From Haliotis rubra (Eukaryota), in NCBI RefSeq assembly GCF_003918875.1, contig NW_025767102.1:868001-932000 (forward strand): a stretch of DNA of 64,000 nucleotides. The letters run 5' to 3'. The notes under the pieces were generated by a model. It worked only from the letters and a program-made list of their open reading frames with translations, was not told where the DNA came from and did not search any database. Shown here one piece after another: positions 25,501 to 37,485 of this stretch. The first letter of the stretch is position 1. The number at the start of each line of letters is the position of its first letter. Both the position numbers and the translations under genes were made by a program.

Positions 25501-28500
25501 GGTGCGCAACAACGGGGTGTGGCGTGACCTTGAACGATACTTGTTGCGATGAACTGAGTCGGTCCGTGTTTTATTTTCACGTGTAGAACCAGATCAGGCG
25601 CATCCTGAAAGAGATCATCGCCCCGATTCCGCAGGACAAGGCATGGGATGCATTGAACAATCCATACGATCGGCTTACGAACGGATTTGTGGCGATTTCG
25701 AAATCGATCCGAACACAGATTGGTGTATACCGGTAGGAGTGAACCACGGTTTGGGTATTCCATACAGCGATGGACTTCCCGTGAAAGAAGCCAGCACTAC
25801 TTTGTTGAAGAAAGTAATGAATGGAGAGATGATGGCATGAACTTTACAGGTCAAGGTAGAATTCCTTTCACCATCCAAAAAGTCGAGCAGCCCCAATACG
25901 TTGAAGACGATTGGAAAATATATATGCTGGACACGTCGAAAGGGTTAACTCGCGTGGGCACCGTACGGTTGAACGATTCGATTCGAACGTACGTGTGGAC
26001 GCGGCTTGGCGCGCAGTCGCAAACGCGTTCTGGCATCGTGGGTCAAGGAACGCCTTACGACGCCCAGAAACAGTTCATGTCGAACGTCGAGGATGCCAAT
26101 CGTCCAGACCATGAACGCGTTGAGAAGCGACAAACACAACATCTACCGCATCACTCTCAACAAGATCTCGCTGTCGCCCCTGGATAGCAAACGATGGATT
26201 GCAAACGATGGCATCCACACTTATAGCTATGGGTACCAACAGTAGGCCTCGACGCGTTGGGAGTTTCCGAGACCCCCAATAAAGGAAACTCCACTCGCTG
26301 CATCGAGACAATTGAATAAACGATAGAGTGTATACATCATGGAGAAGGTTTACTATAGCCCTCGGGGTTACTGGAAAGGTATGAGCGCCATCCCGAAGCT
26401 AGCCAAAGCCGCTCGCGTCTCCGAGGATACCGCCAAAGCTTGGCTTAAAAACAAGCCATCTGGCAAGTGTACCTGCCGGCTCCCCAATATATCCCTAGAC
26501 GAAAGTTTGACATTTCCATGTTGCCAGTCGCTACAAGGAAGCAGAGGCGTTAACGACCAAAGATTCGAGTCAAGTCGCTAAGGCCTTAGAACGTATCTAC
26601 AAATGCAGTCGCTTGACCTGGCCAACCGAATTACAAGTCGATCCCCGACGCGAGTTCATTGGAGCTGTTGCAGCTGTTATCGAAGCATAAAGTCCAGGTG
26701 AGATGAGGCATGGCCGGAGCTCACCGAAGCCAAGCCATCGCCAAAAGATTTAGCAGGACTTTAGCCGAGCGACTTCAGTATGCCCAAGAGATGGTCAACC
26801 CAGAAAAACGATCGACGGAATGGGTGGTACACATACCACGAGAAGTCACTCGACTCCTCTATAAAAGACCTGTTGAAGCCATTCGAATGAAATCCATGAT
26901 GACTAAATCGGCTGCGCCATCGCGTCAGGGCCAAGAGAAAAAACTACCAGACCGGGTCATAGTGAGGTATCTGTACCAGCCCAGTGAACTCAAAGGAGGT
27001 GATAAATGTCGTGCCACAGACCCCGCATGGTCAATGAAAACGTACCGCATCGACCGAGTGGACATCAAAGACGACGAACCGAATCTGTATTACTTGCAAG
27101 ACGGACCAGGTAGGGGATTCGTCCCAGAGGAATTGATGATCGTCCCTCACGACACGGTATTGCCCCCTTCTTATTAAAGATTCGTCTTATGTTTATCATT
27201 AACAACATGTGGAGATTGATCGAGAAACGGTTCTTCAGACGCGTCGGGGTGGACGTCTATGGCCTCGATATTTACGCCGCCCTGCGTTGAGTCATAAGTC
27301 AAGGGAAATTCACCAGCCTGTACGATAGTTTAGGTCTCGTGGGCACCAAACAGTTACAACGTCTCATGGATACATTAGTCGATTTTAGCCTCGAGACCCG
27401 AGATCCCACCGCCCCGTACTCTACCTACTCTGTAGACCACTTGGAGTTTACAGAATTTATGGCAGACTGGTCTAGGATTAGACCTAGAAATTTTACTGCA
27501 TCTGATTGCGGTAATTTAATATAAAGATGTACGTTTCGTTTTCTTCGGTGTTGTGCTTTGAATACTACAGTTGTTGTTTTAGTGCTAGAAAGTTGGAACC
27601 CAGATTGGTTGGTCCAGTTTTTAATATGCTTAAGTGCAGCTTGAATTTGTTTTTGTGCTTTGTGTATATTTGACAATGCTAAATAATAATGTTGCTTTTA
27701 AGTATCGAACTGAGAAAGGGACTCGGTAAGAAGAACGTGTGGTGAAATAGTCAAACGAAATTATATAAACAGTTAAATCGGTAAACCACAGTCATAACAC
27801 ATAAAAAGCTCGCGCCTGTGATATATCAACAAAACATTAGAAAAATAGCTCACATCAAAGCACACCACCAGCGAAGGTTTTCCGTCTTGAAATATCGAAC
27901 GCCTCACTGGTTGACACATAGCTGATTACATCTAGATCCTTAACAAGGTTCTTTTATGTAGCGAGCGGATTATTTACTATTTGTTGTTTGTGTACACAAC
28001 CAAGATTAGACTACTCCTGCTCACAATCTTATAATCCGGACATCGCGCTTCAAGCTGCGTGAACCTATTCACTGCACATGCGCTATGAGCTCAGCGCAGC
28101 AGAGCTGTTGAAACCACTTTTTACCCCAGTTGGGGCAAATTTTATTGAATCATTTGAACTCCGATTTGGCGGGGTTTTTTCATCGCGTTATTTTTCAACT
28201 TTATATGTTGAATTCACATATTTGATCATTTGTTACTGTAAGTCCATGCCGAAAGGTATCAGAATCTGCAAAGTTGTGTTTTGCGTTGCATGTGACCTTT
28301 AAATATTGTGCTTATATGTTTTTAGATTACTATGACTACATTGTGGCATCAGGTGCTTTTAATGAAGGTCTGATTCCCTGTGGCGCCTTCCAGGAAATGA
28401 TTCGGATCGTTAAACCAGGTGACTATCTTGGTTGAAATTGGTCTTTACACGTGTTATCTTGTGTGTGTGTTTTTCTGCTGTATGATTTTGGTAAGCAACT

Positions 28501-29174
28501 CTGCTTGTAATCGTCGCTAGACCACATAACTTTACAAGTAATGATGTATATTTAATACTTTGAATTTTGTCAGAATATGTGTTTGTCAATCTGTAAAACT
28601 CGAGGAAAAACATAATAGTTTTCCCATGATATTTTCTGGAACAAATAAAATCCCAATGAATGCACCATTGGCTTTCAATCTTGAGGAAATTTCATGAAAC
28701 CTCAAATATTTTTAATGTTCGATCCTTTTCCATCTTTGCCATCCCATGCTTATCGTGATAGGCAACTATCGGGATATGGTGTTCAGAATTGCTTGACTTG
28801 GCTAATGTATGTCATTATGTCCCAGTTGCATAGATCGATGCTTATGATGTCAGTCACTGGATTGTTTACATTCCGCCGTCATGAAGCTGGAATAATGTTG
28901 GAGAGGCCTTAGACAACAAACACACATACGCCAACTAAATAACTCAACAAGTTAATATTCCCCAGGTGGTCGAATCACTTTCACGGTTCCAACCAAATAC
29001 ATCAACATCTCAGACAACTTACGGGATCAGTTACTTCCCCTTATAGACCAGCTGGCACAAGAGGGCGTGTGGGAGGTCACTTCCGTTGCACTGGAAGATG
29101 GAGAACTTTCTTCCACAGACGGTCCGGGCACTTTGTTTAGTTTGAAGGTTTTTGTGTCCGAAAAGACGTTTTAA
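19599..29174 (+). CDS. METTL27: METTL27/WBSCR27-like class I SAM-dependent methyltransferase, copy 2, intact, 226 aa
   Basis: Exons 19599-19706, 19920-20051, 22443-22581, 28326-28418, 28966-29174 sum to 681 nt with an open frame: MAGRHTQARF..FAEDYEQ|VYFNIGW..VLDVGAGTGLLGNK|LKNHGFTHVDGLDP..|DYYDYIVASGAFNEGLIPC..IVKPG|GRITF..EGVWE..KTF*. Motif order matches the METTL27 family as I recall it. Confidence 0.9.
20747..22391 (+). mobile_element. Truncated I-group LINE (RT end and RNase H) in an intron of copy 2
   Basis: 11-bp TSD CTTCAGACCGA (20736-20746, 22392-22402); EAKFLGLIFDSHLTF; absent from the paralogous introns. Confidence 0.85.
21921..22319 (+). mobile_element. Helentron-associated non-autonomous element (HINE/DINE-1-like)
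   Basis: 5' TTATCCCCCGC with adjacent inverted GCGGGGG, microsatellite, two internal core repeats, 3' GCGGGGGATA..CTTGTT; inserted at TT inside the LINE. Confidence 0.75.
22935..23400 (+). mobile_element. I-group LINE 3'UTR fragment
   Basis: Aligns to 61570-62050. Confidence 0.8.
23442..27420. mobile_element. Polinton/Maverick-like remnant, heavily deleted, in an intron of copy 2
   Basis: Host homology ends at 23441 and the insert opens with AGTAGT. Integrase 26339-27177 (YYSPRGYWKG..LQVDP.REF..RFSRTLAERL..RATDP), pPolB C-terminus 26110-26245 (LRSDKH..NKISLSPLDSKRWIANDGIHTYSYG), penton-like ORF 24864-25230 on the minus strand, conserved WQNQLNFA.WCATTGCGV ORF. Confidence 0.75.
27425..27680 (-). 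mobile_element. LINE RT fragment from a different subfamily
   Basis: QIQAALKHIKNW..GFQLSSTKT..VKFLGLILD. Confidence 0.75.
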
Positions 29175-30776
29175 GAATCTAGAAAAGTCAGTTCCTTATT
29201 ACGTACTATCTTTTGTTAGCCTTTTCATTTGTCAAGTAAATATAAGCGATGCCCATGTTTCAAATATGTATGCATCACTGATGACACATTTCCAAAAGTA
29301 GAAGTTAAATTAAACATGTAAATCCCACTCTATTCATTCTAAACTTGTGGATGTTGCGTCAATGGCCATTATTTTGTTCGGGAATCCATGGACTCACAGA
29401 CTAAACGAAAGTTCTTGATTGGTGTAATGGTTTTTGGTCGCACTGACCAGAAACGTTTTGTGGTGATTATTTCAGATCGATACCAACTTGTTTCCCTCTA
29501 AAAACTAAAGCTTAAAAACTGGAAATGTGTTTCCCCAAACAAGATACAAACAAAATAGAGGATAGATTCATGCAAACACACACAACATAAATTACTCACT
29601 CACTCATGATAATCCTGACAGTAGATTTCCAGCTACAACAATATGATATCGATATGAGATTAGCTTATGAATAATTGAATCTGCAGTTGAACATTTTCAG
29701 AATGTTAACAATATGCATTATAAATCCAGCATTGCAACTGAGACTTTTTGTCTTGTTCCATTATATATGATATATCTTATGATATGAAAAGGCAATATGG
29801 CCAGTTGATCCATTCAGTTTTATAAAATTAATACAGTATTCCAGTAAATGATTCAGCGTTCTCAAGAGCCTCCTTCCAGAATCTTGAACTGGTAATGGAC
29901 ATGAACATAGTAGTTGCTATAATGAATGTGCCCTTTTTAAATCATCTCAGAGCAATTTAGCCAGTACCTTTATGGCACTTGATACTGTTATGTGACAGTG
30001 TGTGGTATTTTTATTGTGTAACAGTGTTCCAAGTGTTGGTCACTGTACGCGTTGATATACATTTGGGGACAGTGCAGTAGTGTGCTCTACATATAGATTC
30101 TGTTAGACTTCTATTAGATCAAAATAGAAACATCTGGAAGTTACGGGGGTCTACGACCCAATGGGTTGCTGGAGAATCTCCTGGAGTCGTTTGTCATAGG
30201 CATGTAAGGGACGCCTACTCTTGCTTCTCATCTCAAGTTATATGAAGACCAGCATTGAGAGTGATGATCGTTATACCCTTAGTATTCTGCTTAGCCTTTT
30301 CTTGGATTACTGTTACTGAGAGTTGAATATTGCCTTCATTGCTGTAATGGCTTCCCTTGTATTATTTTACCTTTGAATCTGTAGTGCCGCTCTGTTTCGA
30401 CTCGTGAAAGCGATACCGTTGTATTGATTTGTGACCTCAGTTAATTTTAGAATACAATCATTAATTACATCACATGGCTTTGTTGTTTGTGGATTTCACA
30501 GCTAGTTCATTTAAGGATTACTTTCCTCTTGGAAATCAAGACGTAAGCATATCCTTCATGTTTCCTTCTTTGATTATATAAAGGCGTTTCCAGGAACCGA
30601 CTTATGATTTATTCAAAACAAGCAAGACATTTCAAACAATGCACTCGACATACGACAGTATAAGGTTATACCTTGCTTAGTAAAGTGTTTGGGTTTCCAA
30701 TCAGTGCACAATAGAGGTCCCTCGGGTAATTATCTTTACATATATTACACAAGTGTTACGTTTCTCCAGCTCTCCA

Positions 30777-31218
30777 GACCCGTAAAGATCCGGGTTAGAC
30801 GATTGGTCTTCATTAACCCATGCTTGTCGTAAAAGGCGACTAAAGGGATCGGATGGTCAAGTTCGCTGACTTGGTTGACTGACTGACTGACTGACTGACT
30901 GAGTATGGTTTTACGCCGTTTTAGCAATATTCCAGCAATATCACGGCGGGGGGCACCAGAAATGGGCTTCACAAATTGTACCCATGTGGGGAATCGAACC
31001 CGGGCCTTCGGCGTGACGAGCGAACGCTTTAACCACTAGGATACCCCACCGCCCCGACTTGATTGACACATGCCATAGTATCCCAATTGCATAGATTGAT
31101 GCTCATACTGTTGATCACTGGATTGTCTGGTCCAGACTCGATTATTCACAGACCGCCTCCGTAGAGCGGGAATATTTCTGAGTGCGGCGTTAAACAACAA
31201 ACCAACCAAACCAACTAA
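30777..31218 (+). mobile_element. Family 2 SINE interrupted by a family 1 SINE
   Basis: TSD CCAGCTCTC (30766-30774, 31219-31227). Confidence 0.8.
30880..31055 (-). mobile_element. Family 1 tRNA-SINE nested in a family 2 SINE
   Basis: 12-bp TSD GACTTGRTTGAC; (AGTC)n tail. Confidence 0.88.
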
Positions 31219-31239
31219 CCAGCTCTCAAGAAAATGGAG

Positions 31240-31680
31240 TGAGGAGTGAGTGAGTTACGATTTAGAGTCACATTGGCAATATTGCAGCCATATCGTGACT
31301 AAAATAACATATACTTTAATAATATATAAAGTTTTTCCTAAAATCTGTCAACAAAGGACAGTAAAACAAGTAGGTTATCACAGATAGAAATTTAAAACTA
31401 GTATGTAAGCATTAAAACATTTATCACAATATAGGATGATACAATATAAAAACCGGGCTATAGGTCACCAACAACAGAAGGTAGATCACCAAACAAGGGA
31501 CTATGGGGACTTACAATACCTTTGCTAACTGCAGGGGCCCTAGATGGATTTACATCATTCCTTCAGATGTTGGTCATTTTTGTACAATTTAGCCATACGT
31601 TAAAAGAACACATATACTGCGATTAAAATCACGGAAAATGAAAAATCCTCTGAATGAAATGGGACTTGCACACCCTCTCC
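31240..31680 (-). mobile_element. I-group LINE 3' end fragment
   Basis: Reverse complement of the 3'UTR with terminal stem-loop and (ACTC)n tail. Confidence 0.8.
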
Positions 31681-32588
31681 CAGAACATGGAGTAACAGTT
31701 CTTTGACAAATTTGTTATCAAGTGCTCTTCAACATTCTTCTTTATTCTCCACATGCTAGTATTCAAACACTCTTATGTATCTAAATTCACCTGTCACTCC
31801 GACGTATGATATGTCCATAAATATATGTGTCAAATCTGGGATGTCATTATTTCATTTATCACTTGATAGTTTATTAAGCATTCCCTATCATTAAAAGGAA
31901 TCTGCTTTTGAGAAAAGTCGAGACTGGGTAATTCTTGATTGGGGAACGACTTGGTATTTACGCTAATCTGTTTGCTAACATTGGCGTTTCAAGAGGCCTC
32001 GTCTACATTGAACTTTCAACAGCTGTCAACAAACTTCAATTAGTATATCTACATCATGATCAAGACATTGGTGACTATATACATTTAGTTAATACTTGAG
32101 ATTTGTGACCCGATCGTATTGCATTAGAAATGTGCACTGTCATTCATTATAACCTTGTTTATCTTCTATTCAATATGTAATTTAATATTATAGAGTCGCT
32201 TGTGTTTTATTTTGCGGATTTAAAGGGGACTCACAACCCTTTTATCACAGTAATTCCTTAACCGTAACAATTCCTTAAAACCAAACGGAATCTGTTTTGT
32301 TTTGTGTTTTAAGGACTGTTTAGATTGGGTATCCTTTTGCAAGTGTTGATGATCTACATTTTTGTGAAACGCGAAGGTTAACAAAGAAATCGGTCTGTAC
32401 TATTTTTTTTTAAATAACCACATATAACCAATGAACAGGTTCTATTGAAATACAGGGCTACAGTATGGGTCAAATATGTGTTAACAAGAATAACAATAGG
32501 CCCTGATACAAATCACAAATTTCAAGAATTTGTGACAGTGGAGTGAGTGTTCTTTTCAGAATAATGCAGGTGTTCCTTCTTAAAACCA

Positions 32589-32687
32589 CACATGGGCACA
32601 ATGTGTTAAGCCCATTTCTGGTGTCCCCCGCCGTGATATTGCTGGAATATTGCTAAAAGCGGCGTAAAACTAAACTCAGTCAGTCAG
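32589..32687 (+). mobile_element. Family 1 SINE, 5'-truncated
   Basis: 11-bp TSD TCTTAAAACCA; (AGTC)n tail. Confidence 0.85.
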
Positions 32688-33069
32688 TCTTAAAACCAGA
32701 AAACAGACCCGTAAACAGGCAGAAAATCGGTGGTATGTTTATTGGTATCCCTGAGGAGTCAGTAGAGAATACGCAATTCCGGTAGTTGGAAAGGACCTTG
32801 AATTGTTCAAATGATTTATGGGAACCAAAAATGGTTGCAAGACTGATGGTGCAGCGTTACACAATAATCACCTACTTTCATTGGAACTGTCAGCCTTATG
32901 AATACTTCTGCCTCGAAGCGTCTGGCATCATGCCAGTTTATACTGGGACCAACTGTCAGCAAGAAATTCGGGCTGGGAGTATCTCAGTTGGCAAACAAAA
33001 CAATTGACATTTTATGACTGCCTCATTTACGAGCGCTTCAACTAGTTGTTACGAACTATTCTCAGAAAT

Positions 33070-33210
33070 CAGTGGGTGAGTGGGAGAGTATAGTTTTACG
33101 CCGCTTTAGTGTTATTCCAGCAGTTCCACAGCGGAGGACAACAGAAATAGGCTTTTCACAGTGTACGCATGTGGGGAATTGACCTCGGATCTTAGGTGTG
33201 ACAAGCGAAC
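33070..33210 (-). mobile_element. Family 1 SINE, degenerate
   Basis: Reverse-complement similarity to 8990-9166. Confidence 0.7.
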
Positions 33211-33370
33211 AGAAAACTGCAGGTTTAAAAATCAAGGAACCCCATACAGATGACTGAGCATGAGAGCTGCTGGCTGTGGAAGCAGTTTATTCCTGTTACC
33301 CATCTGTAGTTGTTACACTCTCGAGGTTAACAGAATCCAATACACAGCACAATCTCTCTAAAAGCATTTG

Positions 33371-33537
33371 GGGGCGGTGGGGTAGCCTATTGGTTAAAGC
33401 GTTCGCTCGTCACTCCTAAGACCCGGGTTCGATTCACCACATGGGTAAAATGTGTGAAGCCCATTTCTAATGTCCCCCGCAGTGATATTGTTGGAATATT
33501 GTTAAAAGCGGCGTACAACTACACTCACTCGCTCACT
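33371..33537 (+). mobile_element. Family 1 tRNA-SINE
   Basis: A and B boxes, family body, ACTC tail. Confidence 0.88.
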
Positions 33538-34800
33538 GAATGTGTTCTGTGAAGTTCAAACAGCCCTACTTACAGACTACATGTATGATGTTCCTTGCCA
33601 ACCTGCTGTACTCAGTTGTCCGGGGCAAGAAGAAACTATTGTGTTCAGTAAAGTTTAACAATTGAGGGTGTATAGCAGGCCTTAAGGGACTTGAACAGGG
33701 TGGTGACATGAACAGAGAGATCAAGTAGTCTCAGGGCGACAGTAATATGTTGAAAGGCGTAGAACTAAATCAAACGAATGAACAACGCCAGTTGAAGGAG
33801 GAACTGAAACCTGTGATCTGTTGTATACCTTTGGTAAGATGCTTGAACAGCATCTATGGGTGATGAATGAGCGGATCATGCAATTGCTGAACTTGAGGAT
33901 GGCATTGATGTCCCAGTTGTAGTATACCTTGGGTTTCACTATACAAGTTCGTCCAGAGGGTGGTCTTATTCAATCCAGGGAAAGAGAAACGAATAGCAAT
34001 ATCATGCCGACATCTTTATTCCCGCTCACGATACACATATCGACCTATCGGGGAGGTAACTCTGCCTGACACTCTCTTATTCAAGAATCGAGTGGAGCGT
34101 CCGTGTAATATTTAAAACACAACACCAGTGGTTAAAGGTTTATCCTCCTGTGAACAGGGAAAAGCTGATTAAAGTGACCATTGTTCAAGGGTATGTACCA
34201 GGTGACCATACAAAGAGCAGAGAGTTGTGTAGTAGGGTAACCACTATTCACTCTTCACTTCTACCTTATGTCTGTAGATTGTGTGAAATATCCTTGTGAT
34301 TGTGCATGACAAGTGTCAAATGGGAAACATCGTTCAGAATACAAAATATAATGTAATCTAAGCTGATAGCTTTCCTCAAAACTTAATATCTCACCATGTA
34401 TGACAAAAGGTCTCCTTGACCATCCAAATGCCTGGAACATGTCTTCATGCCGTCAAATGTTGGAGGAAATAGAACCGACAAAATCCTTTCCACATCCATA
34501 CGAAATTTCTGCAAAAAGCAGAGTCGATTGTACAATTGTGGCTATATCATGAGTATATATTTGTTTCAGCAGCTGTACGACGTTGTTTGTAAAAGAAGAC
34601 TATTAGGGCTATTATTACCTTACAAGGTCAGAGCAAAGAAACTGAAGTTAAAACCATGTTGGTTTAAGTAATTATGTCTTGCAAACATCGCATCAGTTTC
34701 TGTTTCTTAGTCTTGATCTACACTTACAAATAAATAATATACGTTTATTAAAGTTGTACCAGGTAATAAATGTGTTTGCTCACGAACAAGAGACAAGTCT

Positions 34801-34954
34801 GGTAACGTGATAAACCTGCACACATTGTGAACATTGGAGCAGAAGCATCTCTTATAAACGAGCAGAGCAGAGCAATCTTGGCATTATCAGCTATTGTTTG
34901 CAAAACGGTGAGGTACAGTCCATGTTGAATTCGTCCTCGAAGCATTTGGTGAGC
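34801..34954 (+). promoter_or_regulatory. Putative core promoter and non-coding first exon of copy 3
   Basis: TATAAA 34853-34858, TCAG 34887-34890, donors GTGAGG 34908 and GTGAGC 34949; paralogous to 15283-15431. Confidence 0.6.
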
Positions 34955-36069
34955 TGACTTCGTTACATCTATTTCCTTTCATTAGTTGCTGACACCAGTA
35001 ATGAGCTGTAATAGTCCAGTGTAAAATGTTACCTTGTTTTAATAAAAGGGATATTTGCGAATTTTTATATTTTCTTACACCCACTGACAACTTTATTTGA
35101 AAAATATATATTCACAATTGTTTTCAACCCCAGCATTGTTTCTCAAAATGGCCAACAATTGAACATCTTTGTTCACTATAATCTGCAGCTGAAGATTAAA
35201 CTGTCCAGTTTTGCAATTTAAGTCAATGCATATGGTTTTTGTAACGCTGTGAAATGTTCAACTCTGAGAGAGTTGAACCCAACACACACTATTCTCTCTC
35301 AAGTAATTACAAAACAAATTACATACCAAATTTGAATTGATGAAGTCCATGCCCACATCCCACGTACACTATGTTCGTCTTACACTGGCATCTGTCACTG
35401 TTTTTACTGAAGCAGGTAACTGTGTCATCTTATGGACAACCATCATGCCATTTATCACAGAAATTGTCCATGGATGGATTTGGATAGTTTCAACAGACGC
35501 CTCTTCCATTGTTTCAGTGTTTAAGCCTGCCGATAATTCAGGATTGCTGACCATTATTTGGAGGCAACTGATCAATGTTGCCTTGACGTTACATTGTAAC
35601 GAACATTACACCACTTGGAGAAGATAATGCTCTTGGTGTCAGGGTGAATCCACGCACGCTTCAATGTCCAGGCTTGGTTTTGCGAGACCCATACATTTGC
35701 CCATATGCATTTTTGGTTTTGGTCTCTAAAGGTCACTGTTTACCAGGCATGTACATTTTGGTACTGAAACCCGGAGACCGACTGCTCCATTGAACCCATA
35801 TGGTCCCTTCTCTTGATACAACTCATATCTAATCTCATCAATATTCTTGGACATAGCCATGGTGTATCAAGTTATAGAACAGGTCTCCTTCATTGCAGAT
35901 TAGGATTACCATTGCAGTCATGGCTTTGTCGAAAACAGTATGATCTCTCTTGACATGGTCAGAGTTCATGGTGTTCTTTCACTTTGTTTACCTCGAGATC
36001 AAACTCTCAAAGAGTACATGCAAAGCTCTGTACCATTGGACACAAAGGGGATTTCATTCCTTGAGACAA

Positions 36070-36238
36070 GGGGCGGTGTGGTAGCCCAGTGGTTAAAGCG
36101 TTGGCTCGTCACGCCGAAGACCCGGGTTCGTATCCCCGCAGGGGTACATTGTGTGAAACCCATTTCTGGTGTCCCCCGCCATGATGTTGCTAGAATAATG
36201 CTAAAAGCGGCGTAAAACCAAACTCTTTGAGTCAGTCT
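36070..36238 (+). mobile_element. Family 1 tRNA-SINE
   Basis: TSD TTGAGACAA; empty paralogous site near 15940. Confidence 0.88.
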
Positions 36239-36369
36239 TTGAGACAAATATTTTTTCCAAATGGAAGGTGCTACGTATCTTGAACATAATCGCTTACATT
36301 TCATTTCGCTCCATTGTGAAAAAAAGAACAGCGTACACAGTGCTTTCATATATGTGCTAAACAGACATA

Positions 36370-36577
36370 NNNNNNNNNNNNNNNNNNNNNNNNNNNNNNN
36401 NNNNNNNNNNNNNNNNNNNNNNNNNNNNNNNNNNNNNNNNNNNNNNNNNNNNNNNNNNNNNNNNNNNNNNNNNNNNNNNNNNNNNNNNNNNNNNNNNNNN
36501 NNNNNNNNNNNNNNNNNNNNNNNNNNNNNNNNNNNNNNNNNNNNNNNNNNNNNNNNNNNNNNNNNNNNNNNNNNNNN
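36370..36577. other. Assembly gap (208 N)
   Basis: Run of n. Confidence 1.
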
Positions 36578-37485
36578 ACTGTATATTCCCTCGAAATGTT
36601 TGACAAAGAAGATAAAACGAAACAATCTATATACAAAAACCACTATGAATAATGTTCCATACTCATGACAGTCAAAGGTTGGACAATCGTCACATCTTAC
36701 ATCGTCACATTTGCATAAAACAGTAAAACTGACAGAACAAAACTTACAGTATATCAGAAAATAACGTATGGTGCAAAGACTGAGAAGATAAGACAAATAC
36801 AAGCTGACAAGCTGAGGGAATCTGGAATATTCAGGTCTTCATGTGGAAAGTAAAATACTCAGGTTCTTGAATTAATCATTACAGTCCATCGGGAAACAAG
36901 AAACAACATGTGCACACAACTATTGCATCATGTACAGGCCTGCCCTGTTGCTGGAAACATATCTTGCCATATAGTCATTGAAAATAAGATTCCTTGGTTT
37001 TCTTTGCTGAAGACACCCCTGATGGGAATGGAAAATTCGATTCACATGCATATTGGAACAGAAGGAGGTCACTATACATAGAGCAAGTAACCCTTTAGTG
37101 ACAATATATACCTTGATGCTACTGTTTGCGTTCTAATCTATGATGACCACACCAAGAAACAAAAAGCGCCTTCATTTTACCCCAAATCTTTGAGAAACGA
37201 TGTTATGGACTTGCGTCGAAGATTACAATAATTTGAATCAGAAGGGAAAGTGCTTTTGAACGTTGAAGATTTGTTGTAAATATGGAAAGCTTTTGTAACT
37301 AATGTCTTCTCCAACAAAAAATATCTTACATATAATGTGAAAATGAAATGAAATAACCTTTCTATTGTCGAATATAACATTCTTTTCCGATAATTAAACA
37401 ACATAGCTCGTTTGAATCCAGTTTTTAGTATGGTAAAATGCATGTAAGCACAGGACGACAGGGATATTATTCTCTGTACTAGGAT

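Noticed and set aside
27405-27432. Right Polinton terminus (CCCCGTACT..CTACT)
   Set aside because: Weak match to the left end, no 6-bp TSD, and it abuts a LINE fragment.
35090-35710. Copy 3-specific intronic insert with short ORFs
   Set aside because: No recognisable domain, termini or long open frame.
35999-36802. ORFs of 96-267 aa
   Set aside because: They read through the N gap and a SINE.
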